DNA of 64,000 nt. It comes from Takakia lepidozioides (taxonomy: Eukaryota > Plantae > Bryophyta). The position numbers and the translations under genes were made by a program. The stretch's first letter is position 1; each line of letters opens with the position of its first letter. The stretch is from assembly GCA_030704615.1 (NCBI GenBank), contig CM060733.1, forward strand, positions 73,284,001 through 73,348,000, read 5' to 3'. Positions 12,190 to 24,785 of this stretch are shown here, in pieces. Under the pieces are notes generated by a model. That model ran no database searches. It saw nothing but the letters and a program-made list of their open reading frames with translations, and had not been told where the DNA came from.

Positions 12190-15100
12190 CTACTCTCCTA
12201 CACCCTCCGAGGAACTTGCCCCACCTTCTTCCTCATTCCCCTCATCCCCCTCGTCCTCCGAGCTCTGTGATGCATCAGTTCCACTATGCCTCTCAAAAAT
12301 CCCGTCCTCTCCTTGGGGGATTGTCCACCTCACCTCCTGGGAATCTTCTGCGTCTTCTCCCCCACTTTCCTCAGCAGAATCCAAGACAAATCTACGAGCC
12401 CGACGGGCTCTAATAGCTGATGCCTCCTCCCTCATCTTCATTTTCTTGAGGCTTGCCTCGTCTAAAATCTGCTGTACACGACTACGTTCGGAACACCTCC
12501 TAATGGACACCGAAGCAAGCCGGGCAGCATAAGTAGGACGGATGTACTCCCTTTCTGGACTAGGCATGAAATCCCCCCTGGCAAAAAAAGGCACGTTCCT
12601 CCTGCCCATGAACTCCGGTGTAGACGTCCCTCCGGCAGTACTTGGCATCCTATAGTAAGAACAAATCCACTTCAAGAATGTCAATACCAGCACAACCACA
12701 AAGGGTTTTCAATGAAATAAGAGAGCGGAGGGAGGTGCCTCACGAAATCTGGAGGCAACTTACAATGCCACCACTCACTCGTAAACCGGGGGCTCCTCGG
12801 CCTCGATCCCAACTTCCTCCCCCTGCTCCTTCTCGGATTTTTCCTCATCCTCCGAGGATGCCTCTTCCTCTTTCGGCAGACGTTCAGCCGCTGCAAGTTT
12901 GGAGTTGTGGAGGGCAGTATCTGGCTCGAAGGCGAACACATGCCTGTTGGACAACGTCCCTGCCCACATTGAAGCACCTGAGGAACAAAGCGGGCGGTTA
13001 ATAGCTTGCGGCATGCAATTGCAATCGGGCCAGGGGACAAACTGAGCACGTGAAGGCTTACCCGTGCCGCATGTGAGGTCCAGAATCCACCCTTGGACAT
13101 CCGAGCACGTCTCCATGAGGGTTTGGATGAAAGCAGGGCTCCGGGTCCGGCTGTACCGCCCCGGTTTGCCTGTCTTTGTGTCCTTCGGCATACTAGAGTG
13201 GGGCACATAGTTGTAGAGGACATCGTAGGTTACAGGGTCCACAGCGGCATCAACAAGACGACCGTCGTTGCGGAATTTGAACGTATACCCTCTCTTCACA
13301 AAGCAATATGCCTCAAACACCAATGTCTGCACATCCAACAAAGAAGGGATCAACTCCAGGGTCTACTTAACATACACCACAATATGAAGTGAATGCAATA
13401 GATTGATAACTTACACTTTGGCCCTCTGTTCACAACCCCTGCGTACTGATGCAGAACCATTTTCTGAGGAGGACCGGGGTGACACTTTTCGGTGTCCACC
13501 TTGCCACCGCATTCTCTGTGGTCTTCCCTCTCGTGGCAAGGACAACCACACATCCACCGTCATCCAGAAGCATCCCCGCCAGCCCAAACCCGGCTTTCCA
13601 GTAGTCCTCAGTAAACCTGTTCGAGGTGGGCACACCATCCAGGCCCTCCAGCAGCTCCCCATCTGGAATGTCGAGGAGAATCATGTCGCAAGCTCTCTCC
13701 ACCTCAAACCCCCCCCCCCCCCCCCCCGAGTGCTCTTGCAATTCGTGCTCACAGCCGTGAAGAATTCCATCATGGCTTCAAAACCAGGGGTGTCTTTAGG
13801 CTCTGTACCGCCATCCCTCTTCTTGGCTTTCCCCTTCTGCTCCGCCAGAGACTTGTTGTGTGCCACCTTCTTCGCCCTGGCAGCGAGAGCGTCAAGGAAG
13901 CTCTCATTGACGCATTGGATGATGGTTGGAGGTTCTAGCTTTGGCCTGTGCGTAAACGTCACCGCCGAATACCACCGTGTAGGCTCGCCCTCAAATGCCA
14001 ACTTCTTGGCAGAGCCAGTCCCACTCCGAACTGACTTGGGAACCCGGACGACCGGTGACTGGGTAGGAGCAACAGCAGTCGCAGGACCTTGAACAAAGTC
14101 GTCGTCCGAGTCACTCTCTTGGGTCCCCTCCTGCGCCTCCTCCGATGCCCCGATGGTTTTCTTCTTTTTGGGTGTTACTGCACTCACCTGTTTCCTTGTC
14201 CTTTTCCTTTGGCCTTTACCCTTCTCATGCAATTTCTCCTGAATTCCTGCCTGAGCAAGCTCTGCCGCTTTCCTGGAGTTCGCAAGCGCTTTTGCCTCTT
14301 TTGCACCCAACGGAGGCAGCGGAGCCCGGTTTCGTCGGAATTTAGCATCCAGCTTCAATTGAAACTCGGATGGGTCGAGCGAGCCGGGCGGAAGGTCCAC
14401 ATACCAAGGGCAATCACGCAAATGTTCTAGATTCCACTCCTTCACAATATCGTCAGTGTACATGGAGTCAGCCCTAGGGTTCCTCCATGCCAGGAAGAAT
14501 GGTGGCTCGAAAGACAGATGACCTTTCTCCAAAAGGGAGAACTTGCAGTACCTGCATTCATGAAAAACACAATGAGGTCCCTGAAATGCATATTCCGCAC
14601 CATTTTCCCAGGTTGGGGCGGATGTGAGTGGGCCTAGAAATGGAAAAATGGCGCCGAATTTCGGTTTTCGGTGACTGCCACCCTAGGGACTTAGCCATCT
14701 TGGGAGCCCTGAACTGGAAATTCGGCGCCATTTTTCCCGGTTTGGCCCGAAGATGGCTAAGTCCCTGAACGGCGATAGGGCCTAGAACTGGAAAATGACG
14801 CCGAATTTCCAGTTCCGGGCCAGCCACCCTAGGGACTTAGCCCGAAAATGGCTAAGTCCCTGAACGGCAATAGGGCCTAGAACTGGAAAATGGCGCCGAA
14901 TTTCCAGTTCCGGGCCAGCCACCCTAGGGACTTAGCCCGAAAATGGCTAAGTCCCTGAACGGCAATAGGGCCTAGAACTGGAAAATGGCGCCGAATTTCC
15001 AGTTCCGGGCCAGCCACCCTAGGGACTTAGCCCGAAAATGGCTAAGTCCCTGAACGGCAATAGGGCCTAGAACTGGAAAATGGCGCCGAATTTCCAGTTC

Positions 15101-17908
15101 GGGGCCAGCCAGTCTAGGGACTTAGCCATTTTCGGAGCCCTGACTGGAAATTCCGCGCCATTTTCCCTAACACCACATGAGGCCTCTAACATCCTGAAAT
15201 GCAAGGACTTGAAAGAAAGACAACGCGTATGTACCTGTACAGAAGGCGCATTGCTGCTTTGTCCGCGTTCGGCTGGTCGGTGAACTCGTGGCTCCGGCGA
15301 GCATCTGCTATCTCCCGAAAGAATAGGTTGGTTTTGTAGAGCAGAAAGTACCTCGTCACATAGTCACGTAGGCTCTCTGCTGCAGGAGATATCTCCATCT
15401 TGAACTGATGTGCTTGTGTGTCCAGCTGCTCTTGCGCATTCGTCGTCACCTGTGGAGATTCTCCATCAGATCGCTTTCCTCAAAAAATACAATGAATCCA
15501 CCCCCTACTAGAGTAGAAGCCCCAAACAAAGCGTGGGGAAGTACCTGAAACCACCATGTCATGCGGTTCATCCACATGTCGAATGTGGGGTCAGAGAGTT
15601 TGTCCGGTTTGGGGAAGCTCCACATGTCCCTGGTACTTTGGGAACCATTCCAGATTTGGAGCCACCAGGTCTGTCCAACCACCCAGCATATTCGTAAGCG
15701 CCAAACACCACAAAAACGAGTTGTTGCCACCACAATTTGGTTAAGAATGTATCACCTTTTCTGTTGCATCCACACAGGATGTGGCTAGACGATGGAGCTT
15801 CTCCAATGTCATCGTGGGCTTCAGAGCGCGAGAATAGTGCTTCCCCACCTCCACCAGAAAGTCGGCACCAAGGGCGGGATCAGCTATGGCCACGTACTTT
15901 ACCATCCGCGACTTGTACTTTATGCGGGCCCTCACCTCCGCAGCTTTGACATACGATTCGAGTTCCGAGAGGGTTGGATTCGACTCCTCTGACTCCATGT
16001 AGAACCTCCACGCATGTGCCAAATCCTGCTGTATTTTCGTCTGTCAAGAATGCGCACATAAGATTAGAGATCCTGCTCAACACAATTTCTTCTATTGGGG
16101 GAGGAGATTAGAAATCACGGCGAAGACCTTTTCTTCTATTGGGGAAGAGAGACAGATTAGCTCAACAAAACTGTCAGGAGCTTTACCCGAAATATGTAGT
16201 CCACCATGGCGTCGACGCTCAGCCTATACCAGGTTCTGTCTGCCTTTGCCTCCGACTTGCGCAGGAGGTCGGCACTGAGGGAATTGGCAAACTCTGCACC
16301 CCCTGCTTCCCGACATCCTTCACTCGGAAGAGCATATGGGACAAGTTGGTGGCAATGAAGGCATTCTCAGTCACCCTGCAGTGCCACATTTCCATCAAAC
16401 AATACTGAAATGGGAATTTCCATCATATATGAGGATTCGCAATGAAATGACTTCCAAATTCAAAGTCCAAAAGCGAGAGGGGTTGTAGCTTACGAGTTGA
16501 TGTCGGCCATTGCAGCTTTGAGAAGACTGCGATCTTTGGGCCCCGCAACCTTCAGCACAACACAATCCACGGCGAAATGCCAATCGAGGTCGTTGGGGTG
16601 GGCTTGGGCAATGTGCTCCATCCATGCCAGGAGGCAATGATTGCCATCCCACACGTAGAACATCTTACCGGACAAGTGCTGGAAAAGAGGATCACTAGCA
16701 ATCGATCTCTCGAACTCCTCATTTCGCGTTTGCCAATGGGGACCCCATTTGTCCACCTCATCGGAAGTGTGGGCACGGGAAGCTCCGTGGTCGTTCTCAA
16801 TGGAAACGTAAAATGCGGCAGACCCCATTCGATATCCATCCCGGAAAGAGAATTTCAGCTTGTCGATATCGCCTAGGAGGGCAGGTCTCACCACCTGCAA
16901 GACACCAAGCGGCAAAGGGGAATTCGAAGCTTGGCCGGGTACACCATGCCCCCCAGCACCCTGCCAATGTTGCTGTGGGTTGCCTCCAACATCTTGGCAG
17001 CGGCCAACTTCATATCCGCCTCAGACATGACGTCTGCTGCAGAGGGGTTTTTCCGGCAGCCCACCAGGACCGCCAAATCCAGCCTGTATGCTCCGGGTTT
17101 GGGGCCTGGGGATGTCCGGGAGGATGTCATCCTGGTCAGAAAGCTCCCTGTCGTCCTCCTCAACAGGGTCAGCCACCTGCGAAACCACCTCCAGCACTCT
17201 CCCCGTCTCTACTGCCCTCTCCCTGGCTTCACCTCGAACTTGCACAATCCGTGCTCTTTCTGGTGTTCTTTCCTCTCCTCCACTCTCCACCGTATGGGTA
17301 ATTGCAGGGGCTGCTCTTGCCCGCGATGGTCTAACCGGTGTGTTACTGCCTCTCTGTGGTGTCTTGGAGGGATCCACCGTCTCTGTGCGTCCCTCGCTTA
17401 CATTGGCATCTGTCATTTGGGCACCCCTGGCCTCTTCAGCTGCCTTTTCTCTTTCCTCCTGGCTAGCATTCTGTCTCGTCTGTTCTTTTGCCTCTCTTTT
17501 GCCCTCACGGGCTTTCTGTTTCTTACTAGGGCTAGCAGCAGGGGAGCCCTCCAGGACGACCACCTTTGATTGAGGCGAACTGACACCCTCGCGCGCACTG
17601 CTCACTCCCCCCTCCGCAGCCCGTGACGGCTCTCTCGCCGGGGATTGCATGTGCTTAGCTTTCTTTTTTTTCTTTGCGTGGGCGGGCCCTACTGCATGTG
17701 CATGAACAACCTCCATTGCCGGATCTGCTGTCCTCATGTCCTCACGCCCTTCACCTGCCATGCCGCCTGCACCAACCTCCCCAATGCCTATTCTGTCGTA
17801 CTCTCGTTGCAAGTCCTCCCGTCCACCAACAAAAGGTTTAAGTTTGCCCTCTCGCCCCAAGTTGGGCGATTCAAACATGCGATGAGTTGGAGCTGTCGAT
17901 GATACCAC
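12190..17908 (-). CDS. Multi-exon ParB/Srx-like domain plus beta-class N4C/N6A DNA methyltransferase fusion (frameshifted as assembled)
   Basis: ParB-like: IPLCRLV..VRPALLGDIDKLKFSFRDGY..FYV..MFYVWDGNHCLLAW (16490-16930). MTase: DMILLDIPDG (about 13670) and RSPAFIQTLMETCSDVQGWILDLTCGTG|ASMWAGTLSNRHVFAFEPD (13140-12920). Introns such as 16493-16376 and the last intron ending at 12650 are conserved in position and phase with the copy at 57-62 kb. Possible extra 5' exon near 18290-18368. Confidence 0.8.
14560..15170. repeat. Intronic tandem repeat, 95-bp unit, each with quasi-palindrome GGAAAATGGCGCCGAATTTCC
   Basis: Unit CCCGAAAATGGCTAAGTCCC... starts at 14841, 14936 and 15031, with degenerate flanking copies. 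Confidence 0.9.
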
Positions 17909-18699
17909 CAGCGTGCCGGGCTCGTCGTCACTCTGTCATTGACAAAAATCGTGAAACCAACATCGGTGCAAAAACCAGCATCGCAACGAGCAGCGCAACC
18001 ACCATAGCAACAATCGTGTAACAAAAATGAAAACATAACAAGTTTAGGAAGTATGGAGAGCCATGCAACAACAATGAAAACAAATGCAACCATTGCCTGA
18101 GAATGACATGCACAAGCAGCCTTCTCCAGAGCTGCCGGATTTGCACACGCATTGCAAACAATCTAAGGTTCACTCAACTATCTAAAGTTCACTCATCCAG
18201 CGAAGCCAGGATGAAGATGCAAAAACAAAGCGAGGTAACAAAGCGAAAGCAAAAAAGAAATCGAACAAAGCGAAAGCAGAAGTGGCTTGCCTGAGAGTAC
18301 TCGGCTTCAGTTGGCGCGGGTTGTGAGCAAGACACTGGAATCTCCTGCTGGAGCTTCAGTTTGGCCATGCGAGAGATTGGCCGTCGTCCGTAGTACAGAG
18401 CTTTCAACTTCCGCCGCGGTCTGGATGTGAGGTCTCTCTCAGGAGAGCCACGCCCTTCAGGCGGCATAAGTCCCAGCCAAAAAGATCTCCGTTTTTGGGG
18501 TACATGCCTCGAATAGCATGTTAAGCCAAGATTAGCATGAGATTTAGGGTACGTATCCAGGAAGCCATGTGTCGCCAGCCCGAATGAAAACCGACGGCGG
18601 TGGACATTTATTGCCCAACTGCGCAATTAAATGTCGGATGAAGCCCTCCATGTCGGATGAAAATCGACGTAAGAGGCCCGGAATTTCCAACGTAGAGGT

Positions 18700-20150
18700 A
18701 ATTTCGGAGCGCTGCCGATGGAATTCCGGCGCCGGATTTCCATCCTGCAGGTAATTCGGAGCGCAGCAGGATGGAAAATCAGCGCCGAATTTCCATCCAG
18801 CAAGTAGGGCGGCGCTGGAAATTTCCCTCACGCAGGTAATTCAGAAGCGGATGGATGGAAATCCGGCGCCGGATTTCCATCCGCGCAGGTAGGGCGGCGC
18901 GCCAAATTTCCCTCACGCAGGTAATTCAGAAGCGGATGGATGGAAATCCGGCGCCGGATTTCCATTCGCGCAGGTAGGGCGGCGCTCGAATTTCCCTCAC
19001 GCAGGTAATTCAGAAGCGGATGGATGGAAATCGGCGCCGGATTTCCATCCCGCGCAGGTAATTCGCAGGCGGATGGATGGAAATCCGGCCGATTTCCATC
19101 CGCGCGGAGCGGATGGATGGGCGGCGCCGAATTTCCATCAGCAGGTAATCGAATCCCTCGGCGCCGAATTTCCATCCTGCAGGTAATTCGAAAATGGATG
19201 GAAATCGGCAGGTAAGTGGAATCCGGATGGATGGAAATTCGGCGCCGAATTTCCATCCTGCAGGTAATTCGCCGATGGATGGAAATCCGCGCCGAATTTC
19301 CATCCAGCATTTTTATGGTCCCGCCGAATTTCCATTCACCAGGGATTGCTCAGAATTACCTTCCTGCAGGTAATTCTGTCGATGAAATACCTTCCTGCCT
19401 TCATCGATCAGAATACCTGCAGGAAGGTAATTCTCGATGAAATACCTGGGAATGGAAATTTCGGCGCCGGATTTCCATTCCATCCGGATTCCACTTACCT
19501 GCTGGATGGAAAAGGTGCCGGATTTCCATCCATCCGGGTTTCGAATTACCTGCAGGATGGAAATTCGGCGCCGGATTTCCATCCGGGGGATGGTCTCTGT
19601 CGGAGAGGTGCCGGCCTCTCCGCCGCTCTGTTGGATATCCGGATTGAAATTCGGCGCCGTTTTCCCATCTGGGGAGGTTTTTATGTCGGCCAGTTTTCGG
19701 TCTGACCCCCCGACACGACTTCCTTTGGGGGGCCCGGATGGAAATTCGGCGCCGAATCTCCATCCAGGGATCTCTCTGTCGCACAGCCGACCTCTACGCC
19801 CGAGGCGACTTCATCCGGGCGTCCCCTGTTCGATATTCGGTGCCGAATTTCCGTCCGGGGGTTGAAATGTGACGGCCAAGTGCCGGCCTCTCCCCCCTCC
19901 CCGAATGCATCCAAACCGCCCCGGATGGAAATTCGGCGCCGTTTTTCCATCCGGGGATGTTTTTATTCCGGCCAGTTTTCGGCCTGACCCCCCGACACGA
20001 CTTCCTTTGGGGGGGCCCGGATGGAAATTCGGCGCCGAATCTCCATCCAGGGGATATTCTCTGTCGCACACGCGCCGGCCTCTCTGCGCCCGAGGCGACT
20101 TCATCCGGGCTTCCCCCTGTTGGATATTGGGTGCCGAATTTCCATTGGGG
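18700..20150. repeat. Intergenic array of 22-30 bp palindromes (GGAT)GGAAATTCGGCGCCGAATTTCC(ATCC) between the divergent MTase and transposase genes
   Basis: More than 20 perfect or degenerate copies. About 84-bp sub-units at 18830-19060, a ~290-bp duplication (19560-19860 vs 19920-20150) and a larger inverted arrangement centred near 19390. Confidence 0.9.
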
Positions 20151-20447
20151 GTAGTAATGTGACGGCACGGTGCCGGCTTCTCCCCTTCAGCCGTCATCAT
20201 CCGGACGGCCCCCCACTTTCTGACTGCATACCGTTGGCAGTTATTGCGCAAAGACCAGGGGCCGCATTCCGGAGACAAGGTTCATTAACACTCTGACTGT
20301 GGATTTTTGAGATAGTTGGCTCCCTGGATTTGGATCAGGCTTCGTCGCTCGGACAAATCGGCATCGCATTCATTCCCATCGCTGCATCCCCCTTCTACCA
20401 GGGAGCTTCCCGCACGCCATCCTGGCAGTCTTGTGTGCACATCTCCC

Positions 20448-23400
20448 ATGGCGGAAAAACCGAGCGCTACAGTGTACTGCCCTCCTCACGAGCATAGAGC
20501 TTCATTTCCGTGCAGAGGGGACATCTGCCGGGTGATGGAGAAATATCTGTGCGTTCGATACCACCTGAAACCGGGGTCGGTTTTTTGGAGGAGGAAAGGA
20601 AGGACTCTAACGGCCTTGTTGTCGAGAGTATTGTTGTGCTCCACGATGATTTCGGCGATGGCAGGGAATGGCGAGTTCCACCATCGGACAACGTCATATA
20701 CAGGGCTGTTGGGGACTTCATTTGCCCGCCAAATGCACCTTCTATCCTGGCGCCTTCCACGAAACAATCCGCGAATCAGAGAGTGGCTACCTCAAAGAGA
20801 GAAGTCCGCAACGAAGTAATCAGAGCCGAACCCATCCATGAAGACGAGCGAGAACCGGGTTGTTCACAACCTGTCCGACTCAGACGAGGTCATGGAAGTT
20901 CGAGGTCGTCCTGGAGATCAGGCAAGTCCTCAATGGACGTCAGTGGAGGAGGGAGTCATATTCCCAGCACGAGCACCGCAGTTCGATCTATTCTTGAAAT
21001 TCTGCGAGGGCTTCACCTGGAGGGACACCGTCGGAGCTGGCCGGGGGACTACAGCAAGTTCGCAATTAAATCGGTTACATGCCTTCCCGCCGACGTCGAC
21101 GGTAATATCTTCTTTGAGTTCCCTCCTCGGGCGGACTACTCGAGGGCGTCCGGAATGTTGACAGATATGGATAGAAAACATGACGGTCATCCTTGGTGCG
21201 TTACCAAAACCACCAGCATGAAGATGCTCGATGGTGTGCGGGTGCGCTACGTTGTTTGTGCGGGCGCGTTGCGGTGTTTCTCCCCAACTTGCTTCCACTT
21301 TAAATCCAGAGGTCACAGGAACGAGACCGATTGGACAGGCACAGCTCATCAACCATTTCGAGCTCAGGAGAAGTTCCGAACTCCACATTTAAGTGTGCAC
21401 ATTGCAAAGAACCACCACACTGCATGTCTGTTTGTAATGCCAAGCAGTTCTATGTGTTGCACCGTTTCCCTGACCTCCCGAGCTTGCATACACGTTGGTT
21501 CCCATTGTCACAAATTGCGAGGGGGAACTCGCGGGAGGCTGCCCACGAAGCAGAGCAGCTCGTTCAGGAGGAGGTTAAGTTGAGACCGGGTGCCAAACCC
21601 AACAGATACAGCTCCAAGCCGCCCATAAGATGGCATTGGCCAGAATTATGTCGGAAGACGGCTCCGATAGAGTTCTCTCGACGAGAAGGAAATGGAGGCA
21701 TTGCTGGAGTCGGTGTCCCACGTATGTTCACCGAATGTCCGAAACCACATTGTCTCATGCAAACAGAAAATTGGGCGTGGCTCGGATATGCACTCCATTC
21801 TGGAGGTGAAGCGACGATGTGGATATACATTCATGGAAGTAGGTTTCCAGGACAAGGGACTGAGGCAGATCGTGTTTCGTATTCAAAATGTCCACGTGTG
21901 GACCTGGCAGCGGCGTCAAACTGGTCGACAGGATGACGAGTGGGAACTTGTCAAACAGTTGGGTCATGTTCGACCATATCAAGCGAATTACAAATCACCA
22001 GTGGTGACAATGGGTGCACATGTCTACGACACCCACTGCAGGATGCTAATGACAATTGCTATTTGTGAGATGAAAGGAGAGGACACACAATCGGAGATGC
22101 TTCTTTGGCAGGGAATAAACGAACAGATGGCCAAGGCGGGATTGCCCCCTCCCAATTTCCGTGGTTTCATGGCGGACAACGCACAAGCAAATTGGGCTGC
22201 CATCCGAAGGGTGTACGGGTCAAAATCGGTGTCGGACCCACTACGGCTACTCCTCTTGTGAGGGGCAGCCACTTGTGACGGTGCAGGCGCATTTTCGCGT
22301 CCCGTTGAATATTATTCTTGCATATTTGTAACTTGCTTGTAACCTGAACATGTGCTTGTGCAAGAAATGTGTCTCGACTCCGACACCGACATGCCCACGA
22401 CAAACATGGCCGAATCAGTGCATTCTTCCTGGCGTGCCTCCTCTGCGGCGCATCTGGTGGACATCCTCACTGCCACAACGGAGGACATTGTGAGATCAAT
22501 TATGCAGCAATGCAGGTACAACGAGTTATTGAAAGGGAAACAGTGGGGCTTGGGGCCGGACAGGCAGGAAATGCTGATGTGGACTGCCTCCAGATCGAAG
22601 AATCCTCGGAAGTGGGCGGCGGCCTTGCGAGAGGGCCTTCGGGACACGCCATTGCTTCGAAGAGGCCAACATTTGGAAGGAGATGTTCATACCCGTCCAG
22701 TGAGACGAAGACTTGACGAGGCACCTGGCGGGGAAGAGGATTCATGGCGAGCTGACAAGAATATTCGCACGCTCCCTCGTGGTCCCGTGATGTTGCTCGA
22801 GGAGGTCTCGTCGTCGCACCGCAAGTCCTGCACGTTCAAGATCGCCATCTCCTTTGAGCACAGGGCACGTGCCCGAGAACATAACGAGCCATCTGTAGTA
22901 AGCAGTACAACATTCCCATTGTGGAGACAAGAGTGTCGGAGTCACAGTGGAGAATTGCAAGGACATTGCCGGCATTTCGAGGGAAGTGCTGCGCCATTCG
23001 GGTGGATACGAGAGCACGCTGTGGTGAGATGATTCGGAGGAACCCACACGGTGCTGTACCTGCACCTTGTTTCAGCGGCAGATTTTTGACTCCCACATTT
23101 GCTCACGCCACAACGCAGACATTTTGGTTCTGTAGGCACGACATAATGACCTGTGTATTTGGCAAGCCCAAGTACGGGATTCAGGGAATGCCGGAGCCTC
23201 CGGGCGTCTGGCCTGTTGCACCGGTTGCAGCCTCTCTCAGAATGAGGCGGGGATGCTCTATCAGGATTTCGAATGGTGCAACGCACAGACATCCCGGCCC
23301 ACGCATTTCCGGTTCCTCAGACCCAGCCATTGCAGACTGCTCGGTCCAGTAGAGACGGATTGGACAATTCTGCACATCCCACAATGCGATTCGGAAGAGT

Positions 23401-23774
23401 GAAGAGACGACACCCTCCCAACAAGTTGAATGAGACTCGGATTGCCAATGCTTGGGATGGCTTGCACTATTCAGAGCTCCGTGGACGTACCCCCACCGGC
23501 CTTGGGCGTGTGTATCGGATGGCAACGGCCGGCTCGGCTGTACGCGACGATGTATACACCAATTACGATTGGAGTGGAGCCGACTTGCAATTGTACGGAC
23601 TTCTCGTTGATGGAAGCAAAGAAGGGTTCGAAGTATTATCCGTGCAAGCATCTGTATTACATTTACCTGAAGAGGTTGAGGATGAACGTGACTATTGATG
23701 ACTTTATTCATGCACCGGCGTTGAGCGTGAACGAGCTGCACAAACTCCTCCTTAGGGATTCCAGAAATCATTGA
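20448..23774 (+). CDS. MULE-type transposase with N-terminal GCM-like Zn domain, DDE core and C-terminal SWIM finger (multiple frameshifts)
   Basis: HDGHPW...CAGALRC...C...CAHC..CNAK..IHVGSHCH (GCM/WRKY-like). FRGFMADNAQANWAAIRRVYG (MULE second Asp). PTTNMAESVHSSW (catalytic Glu). CNCTDF..YYPCKHLYY (SWIM). Confidence 0.8.
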
Positions 23775-23924
23775 TGGGGCAAAGGGAATCCTCCATATGG
23801 ATATTTTCAATTGCATTTTGCTGTATCAGACTTTTTTTTGCAGTGTAATGAAATGCACCCCAAAACTCCTGGAATGAGGCAATATTCCATTCAAACTGAG
23901 ATCCAACAGAAGCAGTTGTGGGGC

Positions 23925-24360
23925 CATTTCTGGAAAAATGGCGCCGAATTTCTCTTTTGGGGCCGAAAAACTGGCTAAGTCCCAACATGCACTGGTACCT
24001 GTGTCTGGAAATGGCGCCGAATTTCTCTTTTTGGGCCGAAAACTGGCTAAGTCCCAACATGCACTGGTTCGTGTCTGGAAAAATGGCGCCGAATTTCTCT
24101 TTTTTGGGCCGAAAACTGGCTAAGTCCCAACATGCATTGGTACGTGTCTGGAAAAATGGCGCCGAATTCCCTTTTGCGCCGAAAACTGGCTAAGTCCGAA
24201 CATGCACTGGAAAAATGGCGCCGAATTACCTGTCGTGAGGGGACCTATAGCCGCGGAATTCGGCACCATTTTTCGCCAGAGAGACCTATTACCGCGAAAT
24301 ACGTCGCCGTTTTTTCAGGTTACGACCCTATTACCGCGAAATTCGGCGCCATATTTGCAC
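23925..24360. repeat. Subterminal tandem repeat, about 73-bp unit with AAATGGCGCCGAATT core
   Basis: ATGGCGCCG at 23938, 24011, 24083, 24156 and 24215; shares GGCTAAGTCCC with the intronic 95-bp repeat. Confidence 0.85.
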
Positions 24361-24785
24361 ATGTCGCTGGGAATTGGCATGAGCGGAAGACGAAATATCA
24401 TGAGCACAACTGTCAAAACTGCAATTTTCCCTTCAAGGGGCCGAATAATATATTTGTTTTTCCTGACACATTGCATTAAATATTTGTTTTTTTATTGTTT
24501 TTTATTTTCGAAATTTGTACTTCTGCTCATGAAAATCGATTGTCTTACTACTCTGCTCATGCCGCTCATGCTCATGAAATAGCAAACCTCCATCAAGTCC
24601 TCCCCTCCAATCATACTCTCTGACTCCACGAGATCTTCTGGTAGCAGGTAGTCTATTAGATTTCTTAGTGGTGACCTGTATCTTGTCTTCCCATCATGCA
24701 CAGTCAGTAACTGGGAATTCTAGTCATGGAATACCCTGGCCTTTTTCAGCCATGGCCGACCCAGCAATAAGGAGTAAGCTTCCAT

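Larger units (their letters stand above)
11969..24590 (+). mobile_element. Complete 12.6-kb Mutator-like DNA transposon (element B) carrying a ParB-MTase gene and palindrome arrays
   Basis: Left end GGGGGCTGCTATTTCATGAGC, right end GCTCATGAAATAGCAAACCTC (imperfect TIR). 9-bp TSD CATCAAGTC at 11960-11968 and 24591-24599. Removing the element restores the Gypsy frame ...EYDWRGGLD|EEQEATLF... Contains a DDE/SWIM transposase. Confidence 0.9.

Noticed and set aside
12190-12699. Separate small gene (also 57215-57650)
   Set aside because: A phase-2 GA|GTGAGT donor and in-frame acceptor make it the likely last exon of the ParB-MTase gene, as in copy A.
12190-17908. Bacterial or phage contamination as the source of the ParB/MTase genes
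   Set aside because: The genes have conserved GT-AG introns and sit inside a TSD-flanked element nested in plant-type retrotransposons.
18540-20300. Many ORFs with MEIRRRIS / GNSAPNF / WKFGAEF repeats (similar ORFs at 14558, 23918, 56291 and 62612-63910)
   Set aside because: They are translations of the palindromic DNA repeats, open on both strands, with no sign of coding function.
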